A stretch of 59,206 bases of DNA, filler included, from Squatina squatina (taxonomy: Eukaryota), in the NCBI GenBank assembly GCA_031763465.1. It is 4 parts of 4 records of this genome, joined end to end, with 100 filler letters (N's around TTAATTAATTAA, not from the genome) between each part and the next. Parts side by side here need not be neighbours in the genome. Positions count along the whole stretch, not along the records: positions 26,128 to 39,011 come from JARFOE010000176.1; positions 39,112 to 59,206 come from JARFOE010000234.1; 2 more parts are not named here. One strand, given 5' to 3'. A program made the position numbers and the translations under genes. The notes under the pieces are model-generated. The model made no database searches. It was not told where the DNA came from and saw only the letters and a program-made list of their open reading frames with translations. This document shows, piece by piece, positions 38,230-51,180 of the stretch (the first letter of the stretch is position 1; each line of letters begins with the position of its first letter).

Positions 38230-38543
38230 TTAACCATCACTCCCCAGCGGGTGACAATGCCCAAAAAACTGGGCATTGTCACCGCTAGTTTTAAGGCTCA
38301 GCAGCCTTATCGAATTCTCCAGCGGGCAGCCATTTTTGGCATTGCGCCAAATAATGACGTCATTGAGACCCTCCAATGCTGAACTCTGCGTTTTCAGCCT
38401 TAAAGCATTAACGCCCATTTAGTGCCAGTGTTAAGGGGGGACGAATTTCCCATTGCTAAATTTAGCACCCAAAATCAGCCTTAAGCCCTTAACGCCGATT
38501 TAATGCTAGATTAGCGCCGAAAAAAAGGACGAATTGGGCGCCC
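38230..38543. mobile_element. PIF/Harbinger-like element, same family as 13031 and 41960-42298
   Basis: Ends GGACGAATTGGGCGCCC; internal GTCACCGCTAGTTTTAAGG...CGGGCAGCCATTTT block shared with 42011-42100. Confidence 0.7.
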
Positions 38544-41500
38544 GTGGAGTCCTTTAAGCACTTTCAGTTGTACCATTTTTAAAAAATTAACTAAATTAAT
38601 CCATATTTGGACTACTGAATGCCTTTCAGACACATGTTTTATGACTCTTGTGATTTGTCAGAAGGAAAAGGATATCTGTGGATTGTTAATGGTGATTGCT
38701 GTATAGTTGCATTGTGGAACTGCAGCTATTTACTTAATTTATAGTGAGCATTTGTCATAGAAAATGGCAGATTAGAACCTTACTTTGGTGCACAAATGTT
38801 GCTGCAATCCTCTGAGGGTTAACAGATATTCTGAGCTCATCACAGATATTATGTACATGTCACTTAGCTATGACTTATGGGAAAAGAAAGAGATCTGATG
38901 AGGTGTGATAAGTAATGTCCTTTAAGGAGTAATGTCCTAAATGATTTGAAAATGATTCACCCTCAAAGAATCATTTTCTAATCATGATATTATATAACAG
39001 GATAATTTCAANNNNNNNNNNNNNNNNNNNNNNNNNNNNNNNNNNNNNNNNNNNNTTAATTAATTAANNNNNNNNNNNNNNNNNNNNNNNNNNNNNNNNN
39101 NNNNNNNNNNNAAAGTCGTGACATGGAGCCAGGAGTGGGGTTTGAATCCACCCCCGACGCCACCTGCCTCTCTCCCACCTTGGTATGGGACATCGCGGCT
39201 GTTGTGTGCAAGGCGTGAGGTGTGTGGAAGTGAGCGTTGCCATGGTGCCCAGATCGAATTTCTCGGTCATTGTATCTGTAAATTGTTGTTCGACAATGTC
39301 ATGACAATTTTCTTATTAATACCATATGTTTTTTACTTAGTTTTTCTCAAATCAATTTTATTTCTATTAATTTATCCCACGTACAATATAAACTCAAACA
39401 GCACTTTAATTAAAATATGAACAATATATTTTCCTCCAGTAATTATAGGCAATAATTGCTGCTATGCCTCTGATATGTTAAAGATGAAAGTTTTAATTAT
39501 AGCCTCTCAGATTAGATTAGATATAAGGGCGCCTTATATAGGTAAAATTAATTATAACTGCTCCTCTATTGCCTTGCTTTGACAGGCTTTATTACATTTG
39601 GATTGTGTGGACTTAGGCTATGTGTGAGCCCATCATAGATGTACTGTTGAAGAAGTGTTTGGTTCCATGTGATTTTTTTGTACATTTAATGACGCAGTAT
39701 GGGTTGGATGGAAAGATTAATCATTATAAAACTGCATAGAGAATGTGCAGCTTAATCTTAAAATGTAATTTCAGTCATCGGGTGGTTTTAGCGGTAATAG
39801 ATTCTTCTTGCAATCAAAGTACTTGACGTTTAATTTCTATCCTTGACTACCATTCAAATTTGGCTTAGTGGGTGAACCTCACCAGTTATTGGCTAAGGGA
39901 ACAGGTAAAACATTCCCGGACCTGAGACACCGAGGTTAAGGGCCCAAATTATTGGCAACACCAAGTTTGAAATGAGTGGGAAGGACGATGAGGTAAATCA
40001 AGATGCAATGATTAGATGACATGAAGCTAGTTTTTGAAAGCTTGTAGAAGCATGGGCAGATTGAGGGAGGTAACAAGTTCCACAGTTTTGTGTTGCTGGC
40101 AAAGAATGACTTAAAAGTAGGAGACAGTAGTGCAGATTTACACAGTGAANNNNNNNNNNNNNNNNNNNNNNNNNNNNNNNNNNNNNNNNNNNNNNNNNNN
40201 NNNNNNNNNNNNNNNNNNNNNNNNNNNNNNNNNNNNNNNNNNNNNNNNNTTGCTGAGGGAAAATTAAAACATAAAACAAGTGAGTTTTTTAACCAGCTTA
40301 AGTCATGTGACCACTGTAACTCTACTTAAATTCAAATAAAGCCTAACATTGTCCTAATAGAAGATGTTACGGCTCAAGTTTCACCAGACGAATGTTTCCA
40401 TTATTCAGATTATTATCAAGCTTTTCCCTGTTATCAGTACATGAAGAGCAGACTGCTGTCACAAAGCCTAATGAAAGAAAAGATGCAAGATAGATAATAG
40501 ACAGATCCCACAGCTTGACCCTTTGACTTGACAGACAAGAAATGGACACTCATCAAAATTTCATCTTGAGACTTAAAAGTCATTTGGAGTTCATGAAATC
40601 AAATTACGTCTCGCGTTTCCTCTCTATCCAATTTAATACTTCCTCCTTATTCTTAGAAGGCTAATAAAACTGCTGCTGCCCAGCTTATCAAGTTACCCAT
40701 TGTCACACCTGTCTGTCGAGAAACATGCTTTAGGTAAACATCGCCACTTCAATTTGCAGATGTATGGGTCATGCATATCCCAATGACAAGGCCATCTGAA
40801 CTGTCAGATGACATGGCTGTCAGAGAAACTAGTCAGCGTTTGAATTGATGGTGCAAATATCCGGTCACCTGGTATTCGTGGTTCAATTTTACTCCAAAGA
40901 GCTGAGATCATTTATAGATATCTCTGAGTGCTTCAATGTTAAGGGGAGGGGGGAATAGTACAGCTGTCACTGGCTGTGATTCCTTTGTTCACAATTGTAC
41001 AGCACAAGGTGATTCGATTACCCTTCTTATTGAAATGCAAGGTTGCTCGATCAACAAATGATAGTATAATTAACATATCTCTCTTTGTAACCTGAATTTG
41101 TGAATCTCTAATGAATTTATAGTCTATTAGCTGTGACACAATTGGAAGTCAGCCATTAATGACTCCTTTACTGGGCACTATCATGTGAAAAAATAACTGA
41201 TGATGAAATGTACTTCAGTTAAGCCTACTTATTAATGGATATGGAGAATGCAACATTATATTAGCCACATGATAGTTTAAGTATGAATAGGATTAAATGA
41301 AGGATGTCTGTAAAGGTCCAATTCCACACTTGGTTTGAAGTGCACAGTCCCATAAATCTCTGTAGATGAAAGGCCATTTTGAACTGTAAAACTGTTCTGA
41401 CAGCAACACTTTTCTCTTTCCATTTAAGAACAAAAGGTATCTCCTAACATTTGTAAAATGGACATACATAAGAATGTTTTGTTTATACATATTTGGCTTG

Positions 41501-44500
41501 ATAGATGGAAATTACCCACAACATGTGAAGATTTTTGTATGTTTGCTAATCATGTAATGTACAGAGAGACATGTTTAAACTTTACAGATGGGATCAGNNN
41601 NNNNNNNNNNNNNNNNNNNNNNNNNNNNNNNNNNNNNNNNNNNNNNNNNNNNNNNNNNNNNNNNNNNNNNNNNNNNNNNNNNNNNNNNNNNNNNNNNCCT
41701 ACCCTCATTTTGCAGTGTCATCTCTCCCTGCTCCAAAATGAGCCGACGCCTGTGCCTGAGGTACCTCCTGTGGTGTCAGTGGAGTTCCCAGTCCACCGCT
41801 AGAGCAGCACCCATAGCCGATTGGACCAATCTGATGAACACTAAAATGCTCACCCAAAGGTAAAGTTTAGTGTGGGGAATGCACCTCTAGACTCACAGAC
41901 AATACCTCCAGTGCGATTGGAGTGGCAACAATGCGTTTCATGGAACCAACATGGCAAACCCAGCTAGCCCTTTAAATAGTGCCAAAAATCAATGGAAGGA
42001 GTGTATCACTGCCCGAAAAAATGGGCGGTGTCACTGCTAGTTTTAAAGGTTTACAACGGTAGTGAATTCCTTGTCGGGCGGCCATTTTGGGTGCTGCGCA
42101 TGTTGATGACGTCATTAACGTAATCCAACGCCCGATGCCAAGTTTCTAGCCCTCCTGGAACAGTGTCCATTTGGCTCAGGTGCTGCTCTTATTGCGACTT
42201 CAGCATTGGAGCCCCTTAGCACCCATAACAGGCGTTAGACCCCTAGCGCCCGCTTAGCGCTCATTCTGCGCTTGTGTTGGAAGACCAATTGAGCGCCCCA
42301 AGTTTTTGTCAGTTTTACTGAGTTCCCCGATTACACTGATTGTTGACTAGTGGAGGGTGGGATGGGAGTCTCAATGCAGCCTGTGTCAGAGCAGTGATTG
42401 ACTGACCACAAGTTTGGGATTTCCGCATTAGGGTACGCATGCACTAAATCCTGAAGATGCGTTCAGTTTCAAAGGGGTAATAGGAGCGAACGCTATTACT
42501 ACCCACTGCAAATGGTCAATATGCACCAGAGCGCCCCACAGTCCAAATTGTGAATGTTTACAAGGTACCAAAACTGTTCCATGAGTGAATAGAAGCCTTT
42601 CATATATTTTCAAATAAATAAAGGCCTCATTTTAATAAATGTAATATGGCAACAGCTTATTTATCTACATTTTCAGTTGTGGGGTAAAGCAATTTTCCTG
42701 CTGGAACACAATGAGACGCTGTGTTTATTCCACTCGTGAGACCTTCAAGCCCAATTCAACACTTGTGGTTTATTGTCCCTGTGGAGAAAATTGCATAACC
42801 CATTGCTCTTTTGTCCTTAAGTGGCTCTTTCTGTGTTGCTTCTCACTGGCTGTTTGTGGGAATATTACCCTCATGGACTGGCCAAGGTTTCCTGTAATAC
42901 TTACAATGACAATTATGCACATTCTGATGATTTAGTTTGAGATCAAATCAACAGAGCAGCATCTGGTCATTGTTAATGTCCAGGGAAATGCTCATGCTCT
43001 GTCTACTGAGGGTTTCTATTCCATACCAATACGGGTCAGCCAGAAGCACATCAGATTGTAAAGGCTGTCTGCTACTCGATGCCGTACAGTCAACCTACAA
43101 AGACTTCTTGCTTTTTTTTTAAACAATAAACCAGCTGCAGGAAAAGAAAAAAACATTTTGGATTCATTACTGTGCTCAGTATTGCACGGAACTCTGACAT
43201 TAGCCTAAAAATTGACTGGGGTCAAAAGTAAAATGTCTCATATAGGAAACGTATAACTACACATCTTTTATTTCAATTTATTTGCTATTTATTACAAAGC
43301 CTTTGCCCCTTGGGTGTAATGACTGCAAAGCAGCACCTGCAGTTTCTCAGTGTTTGATTTAGTGGTGTAAATGGGGCACCGAGAGTGGATTAAGCTGGAA
43401 TGTGATCAAACTTAATTTGCAATCTGATTAGACAAACTGCTGTCTGCAATGATCGGACTGAAGTGATCCCCAATAGAAATGTTACACTCACTTTAGCTAA
43501 AATTGATAAACATCAAGTGACCATATGTCAGCCTTGAATTTTCATTGTAATCCTTTATCAGCCTGTTGTGAATAGAATAATGCAATGTGTAAAAAGGAAT
43601 TAAAGACAAACATCGCAAGGCATCCAATTTGTAGTTTCGTTTTAATTGAAAAAAAGTATTATTATGTGTTAACATTACAGATGCTCCTAGCCAATGTAGG
43701 CAATGGTTAACCCTCTAATATAATTAGTATTCATGACATCAAAAGGAGTTGTAAAAATGAAGACACTTTTGGAGACAACCTATTTTATTTTCACTGGTTC
43801 TATTGTAAAATGAATCAATTGTGAATAACAAAATATCTATGTATGTGTGCATAAATGAGTGTGTTTAACATGACAGTGATTAATTTGGTACAACACGTGG
43901 AGTGCTGCAATGATTGCTGATGTACTAGTAAAAGCCTCAATATAGATAGGCCTTGCAGGTTATTATTGCTAATATATCACTTAGCAATGTTTGAAAAACA
44001 TGAGGAAGGGATGAAGACCATTGTAGTTAAACATCTGCTGACAAACAGGCTTTAGCTTTAGTGTGGCTCATTTGTTTGAAACCTGATCCATCTTAACTTT
44101 CACGGAAAGGACGTTTCCTAATGGATCCTGCACCACAAAGCCCTTTAGTAAGCATGTCATCCTTACAGCACCATTGCCCCTTACCCTTGTTTTTTTTTGT
44201 TGAAGAAGAAAAAGAAAAAAAGCATCATGTCAAACCAGATGTATTTCCTGTCCTGGCCTCTGATGACAGCTCGGTTTTTCATTGCTAATGTAAATTACCT
44301 CAGGCCCAAACAGAGAGAATTTGCCCTTTTCAAGAGTTTCTTTTCCCTCTATACCTTATAATTAAATTCACTTTTGAGTGACCCCTCACTGTAATGAATT
44401 TTAATTATTATTTCATTTTGAGTGGTATAGGAAGAGGATTATATTTTACAGCAATGGCAAGACCTATTTCAACTTGAGCAAATGATTAAAGATGGCATTT

Positions 44501-47500
44501 CTGTCTGTAACTCTAGTGCAAGTTGAGTTGTACCTTGAGTGCAGCACATTATGATCTTTGCTATTAAATTTTTTTCTCCAACGTGTAACTATAGGCAGCA
44601 CGATTGTTTGAAAAGCTTCTGTTTCAACTCCAGAGGATCCTTGCAATTTGTTTCTTTAACTAGAAACATATCTGAGGTACTACATGGTTGTTATTATTTT
44701 TAATTCTATACTCAGTTTTTTTCAAGAGGAGTAAGAGAATTAAATGATCGATGTCTGAATATGTGACNNNNNNNNNNNNNNNNNNNNNNNNNNNNNNNNN
44801 NNNNNNNNNNNNNNNNNNNNNNNNNNNNNNNNNNNNNNNNNNNNNNNNNNNNNNNNNNNNNNNNNNNTGTAAGGATGTTGCAAATCTTCCCCAGTGGATC
44901 ATTTGTGCCTTCTTTCTGCTCAATGAGAAAGCTGCTGCAATGAATAATTGTCGTATCTGACCCTAAGGTAATTCAAATATCTCACTAATCTGAATAAAAA
45001 TAAACTGGGCTGGATGGCTGAATTCAGCTAAAGGTGTTCATGATGAAGCTTCTTTGCAAAAATAAATTCAGACAGTCTAGAAATGACAAAGAATTGCAAA
45101 ACCCAAATAAACTGATTTAAAAAGTCAACAAGCTAATTAAAACAAAAATTCAAAGGATATTATGAAATAAAAGGATTTGAAACTTTGAAAACGAAACCTC
45201 AAGCTATAAGCCACTGGGAGGACAGGAAGATGATTATCAGTTGAAAGTCAGGTTTTCACATCCAATTTGATGCCACACATGAGCTTTAAATGCATTTATT
45301 CTTACAACCTATTGGACTGGACTCTTTCCTTCTTTCTGATAATATTTCACATGTATATAAAACTGTCAGAAAAATTAAGAGATTTTTGTTCCCTGAGATA
45401 GATATTCAGATGTTTTCAGGTGCTGTGAAACTGTAGTTAACTGTTTATCCCTGACGAGAAAAGCACATGATTGACAGCTGCAAGAAAGTTTCCATTGTAA
45501 GCTAAATGGGCAGAAAGCATGTTGCTGAAAGAATTTCAAGTCTTACAACCACGTTTAAAACCTAAATCAGGGAAAATAGATTCCNNNNNNNNNNNNNNNN
45601 NNNNNNNNNNNNNNNNNNNNNNNNNNNNNNNNNNNNNNNNNNNNNNNNNNNNNNNNNNNNNNNNNNNNNNNNNNNNNNNNNNNNTGATATAGCCATAATA
45701 TGATCTTGTTTTCTTTAAGCCATCCAGCTCAGTAAATGCAATCAAAGCTTAAGCCCAGCTCAGCGCAGCATACATTATTCTGTCTTGGAACAATACGTAG
45801 ACTGGCAAAATACCATGCAGGGAGTTATTTTTAGCACAATACTAATCTTAGCTGAATTGTCTTTGATATTTGTGAATATTGGAGTTACTAGCTTGTTTCT
45901 CTCCATTCCTTTGCTTTGTCTAATATATGTGTTTTTGCACAAAAGTGGGACATGCAAAAACAGCTGTATCCTTTTATTTTCTGCTTCTGTAAAATGTTGT
46001 TAAAGCTAAAAGCTATGGTAATCAAAGCTTGGAAAGCCCTGCTGGCAAAAGTGATTATGCTGGCAAGAATTGTGGACACAAGAGCTGGAAAATTGTAAAT
46101 TCCAAAACTTGCTGGTTTCCTGCTCATTTGAAGTTGCTGCAGGGTTTTTCAGCGAGTGGTGTGGTTACTCATGCAGAATGTGAATTTATTTTCTGCACCA
46201 ACTATCTCTATGGAATTGTGACAAACGTTGGAAAGTTCTGTGCTGTGGGACTGCACCAAACCTGTGTCACATGGGAGCATTATAGTTGGCGGAGGCGGAC
46301 AACTTTCAGCCCATTAGTCTGGACTTGATTCAGATGCAGTCCCGCAGGTGAGGGGACAACATGACTTACCCTGTGACGAGGTTTTAAGAAAAATAAATAA
46401 ATTAGGTTAACAATGCTTGTAATTGGGTCGGCCATCTTGGGATTTAGAAGACTGGGTGCAGAAACCAGACGGTCCCTCACACAGCCTTGCCTCCCAGCAT
46501 GCTCACTGCTCCACTGAAAGCAGCGAATAACGTGGTAAGTTAAAATCTCTCAAGCAAGCAAAGAAGTGTGCTACAGCCACTGTCAAACATGATGACCAGT
46601 AGACACAATCATATTTGTTGGTGCTCTGGAATTAATTTTTTTCTTAGTCTGTTCAAATACTGGGTGTCTCCTTTTTACCTATTAATAGAAGGGCAATGCT
46701 ATTATTGTTAACTGCTGCCTTAAAAGTATCCTTTATTTTTTTAAAAAGTGTGTGTCTGTTGCTCTACAACTTTATTTGATTTACCACATTTTTGTGCCAT
46801 GCTTTTGTATCTTTCTGGTTTAAGGTTTGTTAATTTTTTTTGGTAGAGCCTGGAAGCTATGTGAAAGATGGAAATGTTACACTACTGTTTGTTTTTATGT
46901 CAACTGCTTTTTGGGCCTGTCAGGCATATCAGCTACTTTGTGAAGTCTAAATTGCATCAGTAGAATGTTCTGGTGCTGTCACATCTGACATTAATAGTGT
47001 AATATGTGCTTTGGCCTTTGGAGCAAAATGTGAACTGCTTAGCTTCGGTAGAATAAAAAAGTNNNNNNNNNNNNNNNNNNNNNNNNNNNNNNNNNNNNNN
47101 NNNNNNNNNNNNNNNNNNNNNNNNNNNNNNNNNNNNNNNNNNNNNNNNNNNNNNNNNNNNNNNNNNNNNNNNNNNNNNNNNNNNNNNNNNNNNNNNNNNN
47201 NNNNNNNNNNNNNNNNNNNNNNNNNNNNNNNNNNNNNNNNNNNNNNNNNNNNNNNNNNNNNNNNNNNNNNNNNNNNNNNNNNNNNNNNNNNNNNNNNNNN
47301 NNNNNNNNNNNNNNNNNNNNNNNNNNNNNNNNNNNNNNNNNNNNNNNNNNNNNNNNNNNNNNNNNNNNNNNNNNNNNNNNNNNNNNNNNNNNNNNNNNNN
47401 NNNNNNNNNNNNNNNNNNNNNNNNNNNNNNNNNNNNNNNNNNNNNNNNNNNNNNNNNNNNNNNNNNNNNNNNNNNNNNNNNNNNNNNNNNNNNNNNNNNN

Positions 47501-50500
47501 NNNNNNNNNNNNNNNNNNNNNNNNNNNNNNNNNNNNNNNNNNNNNNNNNNNNNNNNNNNNNNNNNNNNNNNNNNNNNNNNNNNNNNNNNNNNNNNNNNNN
47601 NNNNNNNNNNNNNNNNNNNNNNNNNNNNNNNNNNNNNNNNNNNNNNNNNNNNNNNNNNNNNNNNNNNNNNNNNNNNNNNNNNNNNNNNNNNNNNNNNNNN
47701 NNNNNNNNNNNNNNNNNNNNNNNNNNNNNNNNNNNNNNNNNNNNNNNNNNNNNNNNNNNNNNNNNNNNNNNNNNNNNNNNNNNNNNNNNNNNNNNNNNNN
47801 NNNNNNNNNNNNNNNNNNNNNNNNNNNNNNNNNNNNNNNNNNNNNNNNNNNNNNNNNNNNNNNNNNNNNNNNNNNNNNNNNNNNNNNNNNNNNNNNNNNN
47901 NNNNNNNNNNNNNNNNNNNNNNNNNNNNNNNNNNNNNNNNNNNNNNNNNNNNNNNNNNNNNNNNNNNNNNNNNNNNNNNNNNNNNNNNNNNNNNNNNNNN
48001 NNNNNNNNNNNNNNNNNNNNNNNNNTCATTCATGTGCTAAACTGTTGCACTTAGTGCAGCAGGACTCTAAAATTGAAATGATTGAAGTGCACGTTTCAGC
48101 AGTAATTGCCAATATAAGTATTTTTTGATTTAATTTATTAGTACTAAATTTAAAAATGAGAGGTTCATGTAGGTGAAAGGTCATATTCTGTTTTGTGGGT
48201 GGAAAATGGGTTTGCAGCACTATTAAGGTAAGAGCTCATAACTGCTGTGGCCTTTATTTATAATGATGACTTTAGCTTGAGATGGTAGCCAGAAGTAATT
48301 TCACTATATTCTGTATAAGAATTGCATTATTTAAGTGTTTCAGAAGTGTGAATAGCTTGGGTAAGTGTTTATGTTAAACACAATTGGTTAGGAAAAACAC
48401 TTGACTTTCAAAATCAAGCCAATAAGCCATTTTATTTCTTTTAGGAAATTGGAGGTGTTTTTTGAAGAGGTGCTGTCATCATGAAAATCCTTTCTGTTTA
48501 TTTACAAACTGAAGGGCCGGAATTTTACCGGACCAAAGAGGGCGGGTTTGGAGGTGGATCAGCTGTCAAAATGGAAAATGATTGACAGCAGGTGGGCAAC
48601 CCACTGTCAATAATACAAACAAAAAATGCTNNNNNNNNNNNNNNNNNNNNNNNNNNNNNNNNNNNNNNNNNNNNNNNNNNNNNNNNNNNNNNNNNNNNNN
48701 NNNNNNNNNNNNNNNNNNNNNNNNNNNNNNAGGGTTTCCTGCACTATGCTATGAAGTCATTGGAAGAAAAGAAATGTAATAATGAACTGATAGTCACAGA
48801 CAAAAGCATGGTTTAATAGCAACAATCCAGTTGTGAGTAAAACTGGATATTCTAAGGAGACATTAACATAACCATACTCACAATATTTGCAGAGCAAAGT
48901 GCCTTTATTTGGCAGGTTATGATGCTTTAAGAGGTAGGAATTTGCCTTCAGTGCTGGTGGAAGCCATACCTCTGATGAAACACATATGTTCTCTTTTTAT
49001 GCCTAGTGGCACCACTTTCATCTGTCTTAACCACTATTCTAGAAGCTAACTATCTCTTTGAACCTTATCCCTGAATGTCAATCTCTCCCCTTTAATGCTC
49101 AGCCTCAGATGTATCTCTGACCTTGCAACCCATGATAAATTTTGTGTGCTGATATTTTGACCTGTAATACTAGAAAGTATCAAATTAAACATGAAATAAA
49201 AAATAATTGTGAACCTATACAGTATGGTGCCTTTCAAAATAGCTTGATATATTTCATATGCGTTAGTGTTTGAAATTTGCAAAATATTCCATATAAAGAA
49301 TTTAAAACCAGATAAGATTTATAATAAGTTATGAGATTCTGAAGGCTAATATGTTTTGAATTAGTTTCCAGCTAAACACAAGGAATAGATATGGATGCAA
49401 GAANNNNNNNNNNNNNNNNNNNNNNNNNNNNNNNNNNNNNNNNNNNNNNNNNNNNNNNNNNNNNNNNNNNNNNNNNNNNNNNNNNNNNNNNNNNNNNNNN
49501 NNNACACTGCTAATAACCGGCTACCAATAATTGGGCTTATTATTATTATTATTATCTTAGAGCTCAGTTGGTTCACTGGCACATCCTAGTTCATTTGTGG
49601 AGAGACAGAGAGTCGTCCACAGACAATTAAAGGAAATGTCCTCTTATCTTAATTTATTCAGATTTGCTCTACTACTTCTGATTTAAATTAAGGAGTATCT
49701 AGATTATTGTCACTCAGTGTACCTCCCTGTATATTGGATGTAGATTTTAAATTCAAAATTGGCAAATTACACTCATTTAAGATAAGAATCAGACACCGAA
49801 TCTATTTCTCCTAGACTTTTGGACTCCCAGTGCATACGTTAGACAGATACTCTGTTGTTGCCTTAAATTTATTCAGACGGACTATTTCAACAATTTTCTC
49901 ATTTGAAAAGCACTATGCACATTGGGTTTTGAAATTATTCTGATAAATCTAAGGATCTATGCACAATTGAATTCAAAACTGATTCAATCAGTGCATGTAA
50001 AAGCCTTAATTCCTCCAGCATGCAACATGAATTTGATTCAGGTTGTAAAGGAAGGCATTTGAGAGCAAAATCAATTCTATAACTCTGAGAATGTACATAT
50101 ATGGTGTAAATGATCTGTAGTAAAAGTCAGCACTGACATTGTGTTCAGTAAGAAGACCCTTTAGGAGTTAAACCAATTTAGATTCAGCCCTTGTCACAAT
50201 TTGATGGCAAACTCTATTTAGTTTTCTTGTTTTACATTTTGGAGTTGAGAGAAAAGTTCTTCCCATCTAAAGTTTTCAGTCAAGTTGAGCTATTACACCT
50301 TGTGTAATCAGACTTTTTGAAGCAGCTAAATCTATGGGCCTGAAATTGCGATCTCCCCGGGTGGGAACATCGTAAGCCCGCATAACCGACATTTGCGATC
50401 TGTCCAGAAACTTCTGGACAGATCCAACGCTGAGGCTGCGAAGCCCATCCCCAGCACTGAGCTTGTAATATTTTTGCAAAGCTTTCTGCTGGGGATCTCT

Positions 50501-50684
50501 TCAAATTTTTTATGCATGGTAAAACCTAACGTATCTGNNNNNNNNNNNNNNNNNNNNNNNNNNNNNNNNNNNNNNNNNNNNNNNNNNNNNNNNNNNNNNN
50601 NNNNNNNNNNNNNNNNNNNNNNNNNNNNNNNNNNNNNCCCCAAGGGTCAATGCCCCCTTTTCTTCTCTGTACTCTCTCGAAATT

Positions 50685-51180
50685 GAGTATTCAGTAGGCA
50701 CTATAAAGAGGAATATCGGGACCTACAAGTTAGAGGACGGGCACTAAAATTGTCCAATGCTCTGATCAGACCACGTCTTGAGTACTGTGTCCAGTTTTGA
50801 GCAATAACTCACAAGGTAGACACTCAAGCTCTGGAGGTGGTGCAGGGAAGAACCACAAGGATAATCCCCGCCGTAATGAGGAAACATGGGAGATTCTGGC
50901 TCCCAAGTAGATAACAAATAGAGGACGCCATATAGGCAATTAAAATAGTAAGATGTATAGGAAAGGTAGATCCAGAACATTACTTCTAGTTAAACTGTGA
51001 CAGTAGTACAAGGAGGCATCAGTTCAAAATGGCAAAAAGCCTAGTTAGGAATGATGTCAGGTGGTTCTGCTTCAAGCAAAGAGTGATGAACTCATGCAAT
51101 GGATTTCTGGATGTGGTAATGAAGGCAAAACCCCTGCACTCACTTGAGAAACAGTGAGCCACTGTGATGGGGAGGCCTGT
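50685..51180 (+). mobile_element. Old CR1 LINE ORF2 fragment
   Basis: ALIRPRLEYCVQF motif near 50759-50797 and downstream degenerate CR1 C-terminal sequence. Confidence 0.7.

Noticed and set aside
46947-48054. Long ORFs (347-360 aa) in the track, and other X-rich ORFs
   Set aside because: Artefacts of translation through N gaps.
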